This document shows, in pieces, positions 40,775-52,074 of a stretch of 64,000 bases of DNA. Under the pieces are notes generated by a model that worked only from the letters and a program-made list of their open reading frames with translations, was not told where the DNA came from and made no database searches. Both the position numbers and the translations under genes were made by a program. How positions within the stretch are numbered: the first letter of the stretch is position 1; each line of letters begins with the position of its first letter. Source of the DNA: Octopus sinensis (lineage: Eukaryota); contig NC_042998.1 of assembly GCF_006345805.1 (NCBI RefSeq), positions 176,080,001 to 176,144,000 of the forward strand. Reading direction: 5' to 3'.

Positions 40775-41234
40775 ATGGGCTACAGCAAATATTCTGCTCA
40801 ATACCACAGATTTGCTTGTCAGTTGTTTGACTTTAACCAGTTGAGCATATCCCTTAGTGGCTGACGATATGTGCATCTCTGATCACGAGCAGAAGTAGTG
40901 GGGGAGCATCATAGCCATGTGTTGAGAGGGATTCTTTGGTGTTTGAATAATTCACCTCTGGAAACATGGGTGGTTCTTTCAACATCCTTAAACAACCCTT
41001 ATTCAGGGACCTTTTGAGCAGGATGGGCTACTCAACCTGAAGAAAATTCTAACTGGGCCCCACCTGCAAGGTCATGTGCTGTTTATCTTGATATGAGATC
41101 ACCATGTCGCGCACATATGGTTGTGATGCATATGCCTGGTGTACCCTTATCAGACGGGTAGTCATGATGGGTATATTGGGCTTCGTATATTTTACCCCAG
41201 TGTCACTTTGATGGCATGAACTGCTCTCTCACTC
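40775..41234 (+). mobile_element. About 550 bp element, left-truncated copy 5
   Basis: Starts atgggctacagc after (AAT)n. Confidence 0.8.
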
Positions 41235-41265
41235 AATAATAATAATAATAAAAATAATAATGGTA

Positions 41266-41796
41266 GATGCGGTACCAGAGCAGTAACTCTCATGGGTTCT
41301 GATCTTAACTGATTAGAATTGTTGACGTACATGTTTTTGGCTTAACGTAAAAGATGGACTACAACAAATATTCTGTTCGATACTACAGATTTTCTTGTCA
41401 GTTGCTTGACCTTAACCACTTGCGCATGTCTCTTAGCGGCTGATAATATGTGCATCTCTGATCGGGAGCAGGAGTAGCGGGGAGTATCATAGGCATGTGT
41501 TGAAAGGAATTCTTTGGGGTTTGGATATTTTACTCCTGGAAACATGTGCCCTTAAAAATACTTATTCAGGGATCATTTGCGTGGGATGGGCTACTCGACC
41601 TGAAGAAAATTCTAACAGGGTCCTACCAACAAGAGCATACGTTGTTTATGATTATATGAGGTCACCATGAAGCGCACATATGGTTGTGATGTATATGGCT
41701 GGTGTACCCTTATTAGACGAGTAGTCATGATAGGTGTGTTAGTTTTCATATATTTGTACCCCAGTGTCACTTTGATGGCAAACGCTGCTTTCTTAA
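41266..41796 (+). mobile_element. About 550 bp element, old diverged copy 6
   Basis: Collinear with the others but with many substitutions. Confidence 0.7.
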
Positions 41797-42840
41797 CAAT
41801 AATAATAATGATATTTTCTTAATAATATATAAATTTGCTCTACCCCAAATAAATAGAATGTTTTTTTTATGTTACTTTTAAGCGTTGAACCTCAGCCAAA
41901 TCTTAGATTTGGCTGAGGTTCAGTATTGTCGCCTTCATTTCTTTTATTTGTAAACAAGTAAAGTAGTCTCTACTATGCCTCAATGTATTACTTTATTTAA
42001 ATATTTAAATATATATCTTGTCATATTATCGTAATACTCAGTGCGACATGACAACGTGCGTTGTTTATTCCTTTGAATCCTCATACGACATATATGATAC
42101 GACATCAGGAGGTCAATCGGAGACTTAATAACTATTTGACCCAACACAAAAGCTTGACTTGATTCAGCTCATTAGAACATACCACTCTATTCCTAAACAT
42201 CAAGAAAAGACAAGAACGGAAGCCGTGAAAATAAAATGGCCCATTTAAATCGTGTAACAACCTTTAGAAATAAAATAGGGAACTAGAGAGTTGTGCTTCA
42301 AAACAAAACAAAAAATCATTTTATTCACTTATGTCGTTAGAAATTAGAAATTATATTAGTCCCATATTCCCAAATCCTTCAAAATATTTTGAAAGCGAAC
42401 TCCCAAACATCATAGTTGAGATAAAACAATGAAACCGAACCAAAATATTAAATTCTAATGTAAACTTTACAAAATAAAATTGGAATCAATACACATTACT
42501 CACCTATACAATCTATAATCATCTACACCGTTCACACTCAATAACCACACATTTTAATATGATTAATTAATATGGCCTTCCTGACCCCCATTCATTTTTG
42601 TCTTATTTTGTATTGTTTTGTGGATAATAACGTCATTAGTTGCAGATGTCCAGTTTTCTAATCACTGGTTCTCTGCATTTTGGACGAGTATAATGACAGA
42701 TTTTTCGTGGAACTTTAGTGGGACAAATATCATTATCAGACTTTCATTCAAATTTCATTCAAATTTATCGTTTTCTAGCCGTTTTGCATATCATTTGCCG
42801 AGGTACACACCGAACGATATATATTACATTTATTACATAA

Positions 42841-43072
42841 GGCGGCGAGCTGGCAGAACCGTTAGCACGCCGGGCGAAATGCTTAGCGGTATTTCGTCTG
42901 CCACTACGTTCTGAGTTCAAATTCCGCCGAGGTCGACTTTGCCTTTCATCCTTTCGGGGTCGATAAATTAAGTACCAGTAACGCACTGGGGTCGATATAA
43001 TCGACTTAAACCGTTTGTCTGTCCTTGTTTGTCCCCTCTATGTTTAACCCCTTGTGGGTAATAAAGAAACAG
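42841..43072 (+). mobile_element. SINE family A, full length, 16-bp TSD
   Basis: tRNA-like head; central gcctttcatcctttcggggtcgataaattaagtaccag (resembles the Meta/MESC SINE core as I recall it); TSD gatatatattacattt at 42816 and 43072. Confidence 0.9.
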
Positions 43073-43476
43073 ATATATATTACATTTAGATATAAATATA
43101 CTGCGTAGGCTGTACACAGTCTCTGCCTATGGCATTCCACACCCATAAGGCCTATGGTATTCATTGGATTTAACTTATATTATTATGGCCTAAAACTCTT
43201 GTTGCACATTTGGGGGATTCATTCTATAAGCAAAAAGCACGTCCCGCATGGACAAATATTATAAACAACGGATTACTTATACCTCACTTCGTATCCAATC
43301 TGATGATCGGGAACCTGAAAACCTACATGTGAGGTGCTAGCTGTCATCTGTAAATAACTGCCTTCGACCATGGCATTGAGTGCTGTTTTGAACTTTTTAC
43401 CAGTTCCTATACACATAAGCGCCAACACACACACACACACACACACACACACCACGCACGCACGCACACACACACG

Positions 43477-43513
<37 letters not shown>

Positions 43514-45536
43514 CACACACACACACACACACACACACGCACGCACACACACAGTGAGAGAGATAGGTGTATGCAGAAAACTATAATTTAATGGCTATAC
43601 CAGAGTAGTGAAAAATAGGTTTTTACTTTCCTGTTATGAGGAGCAAATACGACGCAGTTATAATTTAATCCTATGTGCCAGTCAATTTGTATAATTTGAA
43701 TGTAAGTTAATCATCAGCGTAATTCCATGTTAGAATGTTTGAAATATAAGTTGTTTTATATAACACAGCTGTTACAGTCCTAGAAATAGATTTTTAAATA
43801 AAAGAAATAAAGTAATTTTATCGTATCTTAAATATATATACATACACATATGCATGTGTGCGTGTATTTGTGACGTGATTATATATATATATATATATAT
43901 ATACTCACTCACACACATATATGTGTGTGTGCAAAACCAGATCAATAATGGAAAATTATCCAGTTTGACGATATAGATATTCCATCTTCGACTTCACTTC
44001 ATTCCCAGAATAAATATCCTCTTTGGATACTAATCACCTTTTACTAAGCATTTAAAACAGATCAAGTGGAGCTTATACCGGAAGGGACACATATAAATCT
44101 ACAACAATAAAACCAGATAAAACAGCATTTTATGATTGCACAAATGCATGTAAACACATACATACGAGCATACATTCACACAGACATATTTCTCTGTATT
44201 TCTACGAACAAGTAAATATATATATTTAGACCTGTAAGTTCATTGATACATGAATTCGGATCGCAACCAAATTCTAAACCGTTTGAGAAGCTGGCATGGA
44301 GTTTTGAAATTAGACCATATGAAGTCATCTATGACAGGCGGCGAAATTCTAATAGCGGCCATACCAAGAGACAGGATTTAATAAATGAAGTTTATATATA
44401 TCATAAACAGAAATTTAAAAATACATATAAATTACATATAACATTGAAAATATACTCTACGGTTAATATTAGTTATTGTCTAAATATATTTAAAACGGTT
44501 AGCGTAAAATAGAGCAGACCGTGAAGAAGAAATATGAAGAATGTAAAAACTAAGAATAGGAAAACAAGTTGGAAAGAGAAAATGATAGTTTCCTCATGAA
44601 AATGGCTCGCTATTATTTTGTTTCGGATTTTAGTTAAACAGGATTCTTTTTGTCTTAGAGCATCAGTTTTACACTATTTTCAAATCTAAAGCTAAGTTCT
44701 GTTATTATCAGGAATAGCTTAGCCTCAGACTAAAGTATTTCGAAACTAGGGCAAATACTCAACGTGCTTATTGTGAATCAATGCAAACTGGATCAGAGAT
44801 ATAACGTGAAAGGATTACTCTTCTAAATCCAGATTCTATCAATTTGAATATACGTGTTCCATATTTCCCTAAGTAGTACTAATCACAATGACGAACATAG
44901 TGACGACGGTGGTTGTGGTGGTGGTGGTAGTGGTGGGGAAGGAAGCCAACCTATATATATGAAGAAAATCAAATTTATCTTAGGCAAATTTGTTCTAATC
45001 CTTATTTGCATCCCTTATCCTACGTTTAAATGGTGTGCATGAATGCAAGAATGTTAAAGGGAAAAAATCGATGGGAATTGACGAATAATTTCTTAAATAA
45101 ATATAGAACAATATAGATCTTTGATAATGCTACATTTTGTTAACCTGATTTGTAAAAGAGGACAATAGGAGTAGTTTGAAGGAGATTTAATGTCAGTCAC
45201 CGTTCCTACCATGTTTATACAGAAACAGTCGTGGTAGGATTCCACACTTCTATCGACTAGATTACGAACAATTGATGTTACATCACATCATTCAAAGCCT
45301 ACAGCCTTTTAGGTGGGAAAATGGCATAAATTATATTACTAAAAGGAAAAGGTGATGTAATGAATGACGTAGGTAGACATTCTTCAGTGAAATTTTCTTC
45401 CTAAATGCAGAAAGAAAAGAAAAACCTAGCGATAGTTGTTAGCGACTCCGAAAGAAAAGGGGACATAATTTTTAAAAAATTAGAAATGAATTTTGCTCAT
45501 TACGTTATATGCTTAAAAGACATTATGACACTTACG

Positions 45537-45947
45537 GACATACTCTTTACTCTTTACTCGTTTCAGTCATTTAACTGCGGCCATGCTGGAGCACCGCCTT
45601 TAATCGAGCAACTCGACTCCGGGACTTATTCTTTGTTAGCCCAGTACTTATTCTATCGGTCCCTTTTTGCCGAACCGCTAAGTAACGGGGACATAAACAC
45701 ACCAGCATCGGATGTGAAGCAATGCTAGGGGGACAAACACAAACATACACGCACACACACATATACATATATATATACATATATACGACAGGCTTCTTTC
45801 AGTTTCCGTCTACCAAATCCACTCACAAGGCTTTGGTCGGCCCGGGGCTATAGCAGAAGACACTTGCTCAAGATGCCACGCAGTGGGACTGAACCCGGAA
45901 CCATGTGGTTGGTTAGCAAGCTACTTACCACACAGCCACTCCTGCGC
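45537..45947 (-). mobile_element. SINE family B, full length
   Basis: tRNA head (gtggctgtgtggtaag..gggttcagtccc), internal CA/TA tract, 3' ggtgctccagcatggccgcagttaaatgactgaaac and (gagtaaa)n tail. Confidence 0.9.
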
Positions 45948-46079
45948 TTATGCTTTGGTTTTATTAATTTTCACCCCACTTCAGCAAAATACTCAAACGT
46001 AAGTAGGCTGGATCGACGGTAAAAGGCATTTTTCTTTGTCTTACATTCAGAAATGATTTTGTTTGTGTTTTTGCCAGTC

Positions 46080-46234
46080 GTAGGCATAGCTGTACAATTA
46101 AGCTTGCTTGGCAACAACATGGTTTCGGGTTCTGTTCTACTGCGCACCACCTTGGGCAAGTATCTTCCATTATAGCCACGGCTAACCAATCTCTGAGTGA
46201 ATTTGGAAAACGAAAACTGTATGGAAACCCATCG

Positions 46235-46287
<53 letters not shown>

Positions 46288-46525
46288 GTGTGTGTGCGTA
46301 TGTATGTATGTAGATGAGAGTGCGTCTTTGTGTCTGTGTTTGTCCTCCTCCACCGCTTTACAACCGGTGTTGCTTCGTTTACGTCCTCGTAACTTAGTGG
46401 TTCGGTTAAAGAGGCCGATATAATATGTACCAACCTGAAAAAGCGACTACTTCGAGTACGAAAAACGTACTTCTAAGCGGTGTCCCAGCATGCATCGTCG
46501 AATGATTGAAACAAGTAAAAGATAA
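46080..46525 (+). mobile_element. Diverged SINE family B
   Basis: gtaggcatagctgtac..ggtttcgggttctgttc head; ends ggtgtcccagcatg...gattgaaacaagtaaaag. Confidence 0.7.
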
Positions 46526-46868
46526 AATATTAATACCACAAGGAAGACTAAAATTAGTCAAGGGAAATAATTCACACTAACCAAATCCGTTAAAGGTTGA
46601 TGTACAGGCATCCCCCGCTTTCAGGCAATCTCATATTTCGAGATTTTGCACTTACAGAAATTGTAAGCATGACCATTATGGAAACACGTATTTGCATAGT
46701 TTTAAGTTAACAATTGAAAACTATACTTTCTTCTTAGAGCATTGGCCACTTTCGTTTGAAAGATCAAAGCATGTCGTTTACGATTCGAAAAGCTATCATC
46801 ACGTTACACACGCACATGCACAGGAATATACACATGTGCATACATAATGTAAGTGTGTGTATGTGTGA

Positions 46869-46917
<49 letters not shown>

Positions 46918-46930
46918 GTGTGTGTGTGTA

Positions 46931-47524
46931 TACAGGGAGTCCCTAAAGTCACTGAGGGGTTTCAATTTTTAAGAACTTTAACTTTACAAATAAATGCATG
47001 AAATTTTGATACGATATAAAGGACATTATGAAAATTAATATGCATTGTCAAATTTTGCAACACCCCTACATCACATCGCTTAAATGGCAACAATTTTCGG
47101 CTTCGCACGCAAGTGCTCTTTCCAAAACTTGCACCATAGCACCCTCAAGAGTTTCTGACCCAACTTCTCTGATTTCTCTATTGACGTTTGCCTTCAGTTG
47201 CTTCAGGGTCTCCGGTTTGTTGACGTAAACCCTCTCATTCAGATATTCCCACAAGAAAAAAACCGGGTTAGTCAAGTCTGGGGAACGTGAAGGCCATTCA
47301 AAGTAGACCTCACACATGGTTCCAGCAAGATGGGGCACCTGCTCATACTACAAGAGAAACAATGCAGTTGCTATAGTAGTGCTTTGGAAAGAGAATAATT
47401 TCCCGCTACGGCAATGTTAACTGGCCTTCACGTTCCCCAGACTTGATCGGCTCGGATTTTTCCTTGAAGAATACCTGAAAGAGAGGGTTTATGCCAACAG
47501 ACCGGAGACACTGGTGCAATTGAA
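46931..47524 (-). mobile_element. Tc1/mariner transposase 3' relic with terminal TA-cagggag TIR and an internal inverted duplicate
   Basis: ORF 47066-47338(-) WPSRSPDLT..FFLWEYLNERVYVNKPETLKQLK; the same motif occurs on + at about 47422-47524. Confidence 0.85.
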
Positions 47525-48148
47525 TCTGTGTGCGTGTATGCACATATGTATGTATGTGTGCGCGTCTTTAGAAACTGATGTTTCAAGCTGATGTTTGTGA
47601 TAATGAACGATAAGATAGTAAGTATTGTCCCTCATCCTCCTAGTAAAGCTCTCGATCTTACATTACAATTCTTATTAATTCCTTAACTTATTCTTCTTGA
47701 AATATTTTTGTGTTTTCATTTATCTATACTGTACTGTATATGTTTAGAAATAGTTATTTTTGTGTATAAAGGTGATTGCGTTGATTGTCCTCTGTTGTTT
47801 TCTTGTGCTTTTTACTCTTTATTTTCGAAAAAGACCGGAGAAACGCAATCTCACTCGATAGTACGAAAATCAATAGGAAAATTAATTTCGCATTACAGAA
47901 TTTTGCGTTACGGCCAGATATTCAGGAGCGTATTATTTCCATAAAGCAAGGGATTCCTGTACTTAACAAGCTATGAAAAATCTCAAATAATCGAATTTTT
48001 TCTCTTAATAGGTAAAGCATTAATTGTTAGCAGCTCTCCAAAAAATTTACTTACGCAAGCAGGCATTTGTTTTTGGTATTTTTTGTTGGTTTGTTCTGAA
48101 GAAATTGGCTGCGCCCATGGTTTTCAAGGGCCAGTCCTCCGAGACTGT

Positions 48149-48200
<52 letters not shown>

Positions 48201-48363
48201 CTTTCTCCCTCTCTCTCTTCCTATATATATGTCTATATATGTATCGCACTTACACACACATACACACACAAAACACACACACACGTATGTGTATGTGTGT
48301 GTCTGCGTGTGTACACCTCATATATATATATATATTATATATATATATATATTATATATATAT

Positions 48364-48422
<59 letters not shown>

Positions 48423-48647
48423 AGAAATATTGAATTTCTAAATCTCTCGTAGAGACATGTACGGTGGTGGGGCGATAGAATGGTTGAATACTGTCAATCT
48501 AACAAGAACGTGACAGTAGGGGGTACACCACCGCTGTATAGCCCTAGGAGGCATCGAACGCCTCCTGATGGCTTTGACACATTTTTCCCTGTGTCCTTAT
48601 ATACATATAACAAGGGGAGACAAACACCCCCGGCTGCCGAAGCTGCA

Positions 48648-48692
48648 TCTAGGGACACGTGTTTCAGGATCGTTGTCCTTCATCGGCCTAGA
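48648..48692 (-). ncRNA. Type I hammerhead ribozyme (family F, U4C core)
   Basis: tctagg-CCGAUGA-agga(caacga)tcct-GAAA-cacgtg-UC-cctaga; acacgtgt palindrome. Confidence 0.8.
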
Positions 48693-49011
48693 GTAGCAGA
48701 CACCGGTCAGCCGGTGATATTTGTCTCGACTTCGTAATTGTATATATCTATAACTCAATGAAGTCTATTCACTGATTATCAAAATAAGAAATATTGAATT
48801 TCTAAATCTCTCGTAGAGACATGTACGGTGGTGGGGCGATAGAATGGTTGTATACTGTCAATCTAACAAGAACGTGACAGTAGGGGGTATACCACCGCTG
48901 TATAGCCCTAGGAGGCATCGAACGCCTCCTGATGGCTTTGACACATTTTTCCCTGTGTCCTTATATACATATAACAAGGGGAGACAAACACCCCCGGCTG
49001 CCGAAGCTGCA

Positions 49012-49056
49012 TCTAGGGACACGTGTTTCAGGATCGTTGTCCTTCATCGGCCTAGA
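49012..49056 (-). ncRNA. Type I hammerhead ribozyme (family F), second copy
   Basis: Identical to 48648-48692. Confidence 0.8.
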
Positions 49057-49499
49057 GTAGCAGACACCGGTCAGCCGGTGATATTTGTCTCGACTTCGTA
49101 ATTGTATATATCTATAACTCAATGAAGTCTATTCACTGATTATCAAAATAAGAAATATTGAATTTCTAAATCTCTCGTAGAGACGTGTACGGTGGTGGGG
49201 CGATAGAATGGCTGTATACTGTCAATCTAACAAGAACGTGACAGTAGGGGGTATACCACCGCTGTATAGCCCTAGGAGGCATCGAACGCCTCCTGATGGC
49301 TTTGACACATTTTTCCCTGTGTCCTTATATACATATACGATATATGTATATATGGTGGCTGCCCCCTCATTATCGAGTATGGGCATTGCACGAAGCTTAA
49401 TCAATGTTGTTATCGTGCAATGCCTGTGCAAGAAGATTTTCTTTTAAGTGAGGAAAGGCTGTGCACTGAGTCAATCCCACTCACTAAGCAACAGCAGCC

Positions 49500-49906
49500 A
49501 TAATTCGAAAAGAAGAGCAAGTCAACATCATCGGTAACCACTGAGGCGCAGGTTTTATGTCGGAGTTATCCCAGTTACCTGAGTTACCTTCTACTGGAAG
49601 GATGCCCTAACAAAGGCTAGGAGTCCTTCACTCCCAATAGTTTAACTGCGCGATCGGGTATTCAGTTCGATTATTTCTATGTCTCCGCGCATGATACAGC
49701 TTTAAGACATTTATTGGATGGTCGTTGACTCTCAAGAGTTCCTCCGCCCTTTGATGGGTTTTGTTTTTCATCCTGCAGGGTGTCCAATAAACACCCTCCT
49801 CCCCAAGCAAGCTTGGTGGGGTTGCCGGTTTAGTCGCCGACGACCCGACCATGCAACAGGTTGTACTGGGTTACATGTTACCAGTAGCACTCAAAAGTGA
49901 CCTGAC
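49500..49906 (-). mobile_element. 5' UTR relic of an RTE-like LINE with an HDV-like ribozyme remnant
   Basis: GG-UAA-catgtaac..gttgcatg P4 and CUAA-accgg J4/2-P2; downstream gggcatccttccagtagaaggtaactc..aaacc resembles RTE 5' UTRs as I recall them. Confidence 0.5.
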
Positions 49907-49939
49907 ATTATATATACATATATATTTGCACATACATTG

Positions 49940-50270
49940 AGAAGAGGAAGAGCACTCCAACGGTTACGACGACGAGGGTTCCAGCTGATACGATCAACGG
50001 AACAACCAGCTCTTGAAATTAACGTGCAAGTGGCTTAGCACTCCACAGACACGTGTACCCTTAACGTAGTTCTCAGGGAGATTCAGCGTGACACAGAGTG
50101 TGACAAGGCTAGCTCTTTGAAATACTGGTACTACTCATTTTTGCCAACTGAGTGGACTGCCGAAACGTGAAATAAAGTGTCTTGCTCAAGGACACAATAC
50201 GTCACCGGGAATTGAACTCACGACTTTACTATTTTGAGCCGAATGCTCTAACCACTAAGCCACGTGCCTT
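49940..50270 (-). mobile_element. SINE family C
   Basis: Reverse match to 9925-10250 (gtgtcttgctcaaggacaca, ctaaccactaagccacgtgcc). Confidence 0.85.
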
Positions 50271-50365
50271 GCACACACATAAACACACATTGATATACAC
50301 ACACATACATACACACTCCACTCCATTCCACATGAGAAGCATTTAATAGATAACAGGATTCTTAA

Positions 50366-50596
50366 GGCGGCGAGCTGGCAGAATCGTTAGCACGCCGGAC
50401 GGAATGCTTAGCGGTATTTCGTCTGTCTTCACATTCTGAGTTCAAATTCCGCCGAGGTCGACTTTGCCTTTCATCCTTTCGGGGTCGATTAAATAAGTAC
50501 CAGTTACGCACTGGGGTCGATATAATCAACTTAATTCGTTTGTCTGTCCTTGTTTGTCCTCTCTGCGTTTAGCCCCTTGTGGGTAGTACAGAAATA
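50366..50596 (+). mobile_element. SINE family A, full length, perfect 18-bp TSD
   Basis: TSD atagataacaggattctt at 50346-50363 and 50594-50611. Confidence 0.92.
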
Positions 50597-50811
50597 GATA
50601 ACAGGATTCTTCTAATGCAGTAAATAAAAAATGGGGGAAGTTGAGACTGTAGATTATACATCGATTTTCTACATGTCACAAAATGATTTTTTCTGTGTAA
50701 CATGGACACCCCCTCCGCTAAGTGTTTTAATTTTCTAATCAGATGCAACATCTTTTGGTATATGAACATATATATATGAACATATATATATGAACATATA
50801 TATATATATAC

Positions 50812-50889
<78 letters not shown>

Positions 50890-51533
50890 CATACATACAT
50901 ATATATATACAAACATGTATATACATACATACCTACGTACATACATACATGCGTACGTAAATATATAAACATACAAGACACAGTCGTGGGTGTGTGGTAA
51001 GAAGCGAGCTGTATATATATTTATATGTATATATATATATATGATTAATTATGAATTTTCTGGTTAATTCCGTAATGGAATCGACGGCTTATATTTATTT
51101 GCTGCCGATAAATTTGGCGCGAGTGCGATGATTTGAAAATTTTAGGTCAGATATTGCCTTGGCAGGGTCGGAAATGCCTCGTGAAAATATCGGTTCCGAC
51201 CTGGCTATTTCTTACTGAAGAATCTGAGGGCCTATGGAAGATTGGCTTGATTTAATTTAATCAGGTTAGTTTACCATTAAACAGCAGATGAAACGGTGCA
51301 TCGTATAAGAAATTACAGGGTAAATGTTTTTTAAATTTTCTCCTGGTTTACGGAATTGATTTTTATTTGCGGTTGAAGCTTTGGCTGTTATTTCTAGTGG
51401 GTGAATGGCCTATTATGGCCGTTCCTTGATTGTTGATGTTGAACTTAAAAATGGTCTATGACTATTTAATTTTTTCCCACTAGGCCGCTGGTGGCAAAAA
51501 AATTCTACAAAATTTTTTGCCACCCTATATTGA

Positions 51534-51576
<43 letters not shown>

Positions 51577-51854
51577 TACATTCATACACGCATATATGTA
51601 AATGCATACGCATACATACACACCAAAATGTCTTAATGAATAAAGAATATATTCTGTAAAATATTCGACAGTAACTTCGAAGCTTTGCCAAGCAAGTATT
51701 TTCAAAATATAGTAAAAATAGTAGAAGATTGTATATATATATATATATATACCGGAGTAAACACATAAATGTGAAACAAGGTGGAAGAAAGAGTACTCAA
51801 ATACCAGTGGTAGAGTAATATGCTTATTTAAAGCAGTAGAAAATTCAGCAAAAA

Positions 51855-51892
51855 CTGTCCGATGAACGGCAACGGGAAACTCAGAGTAACAG
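51855..51892 (+). ncRNA. Minimal hammerhead motif (family G, U4C core) in a PLE-like repeat (51750-51918)
   Basis: ctgt-CCGAUGA-a-cg(gcaa)cg-g-GAAA-ctcagag-UA-acag; helix I extends into an imperfect inverted repeat of about 30 bp. Confidence 0.55.
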
Positions 51893-51913
51893 GTTTTGTT
51901 GAATTTTCTGCTG

Positions 51914-51962
<49 letters not shown>

Positions 51963-52036
51963 CGCCATGTTGATTCGTTAGCTACTGCACGCATTTTTTT
52001 TTTCTCTCCTTCTTTCTGTGTTTTTCTCTCTGTGTA

Positions 52037-52074
52037 TCTTTCTGTTGAAGAGCGTAGGCTCGAAACGTTAAAGA
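52037..52074 (+). ncRNA. Minimal hammerhead motif (family B, CUGUUGA variant) in a pLTR-like repeat (51960-52170)
   Basis: tcttt-CUGUUGA-a-gagc(gtag)gctc-GAAA-cg-UU-aaaga. Confidence 0.55.

Larger units (their letters stand above)
48421..49337 (-). repeat. 364-bp-unit tandem array (2.5 units), one hammerhead per complete unit
   Basis: Unit starts at 48421, 48785, 49149; a few SNPs between units; flanked by TA-rich tracts. Confidence 0.95.

Noticed and set aside
42647-42802. 98-aa ORF / possible exon DVQFSNHWFSAFW...
   Set aside because: No recognisable product, part of its length comes from the adjoining SINE, and the phase does not link to other candidates
44243-44512. 89-aa ORF
   Set aside because: No ATG or splice support, AT-rich tail, no homology recognised
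48480-49447. Repeated 85-aa ORFs in the 364-bp array
   Set aside because: Antisense to the ribozyme strand, non-ATG-anchored context, no recognisable domain; by-product of a GC-richer repeat
51490-51524. 12-bp hairpin ggtggcaaaaaa..ttttttgccacc resembling an intrinsic terminator
   Set aside because: Eukaryotic DNA; more likely a transposon subterminal palindrome, family not assignable
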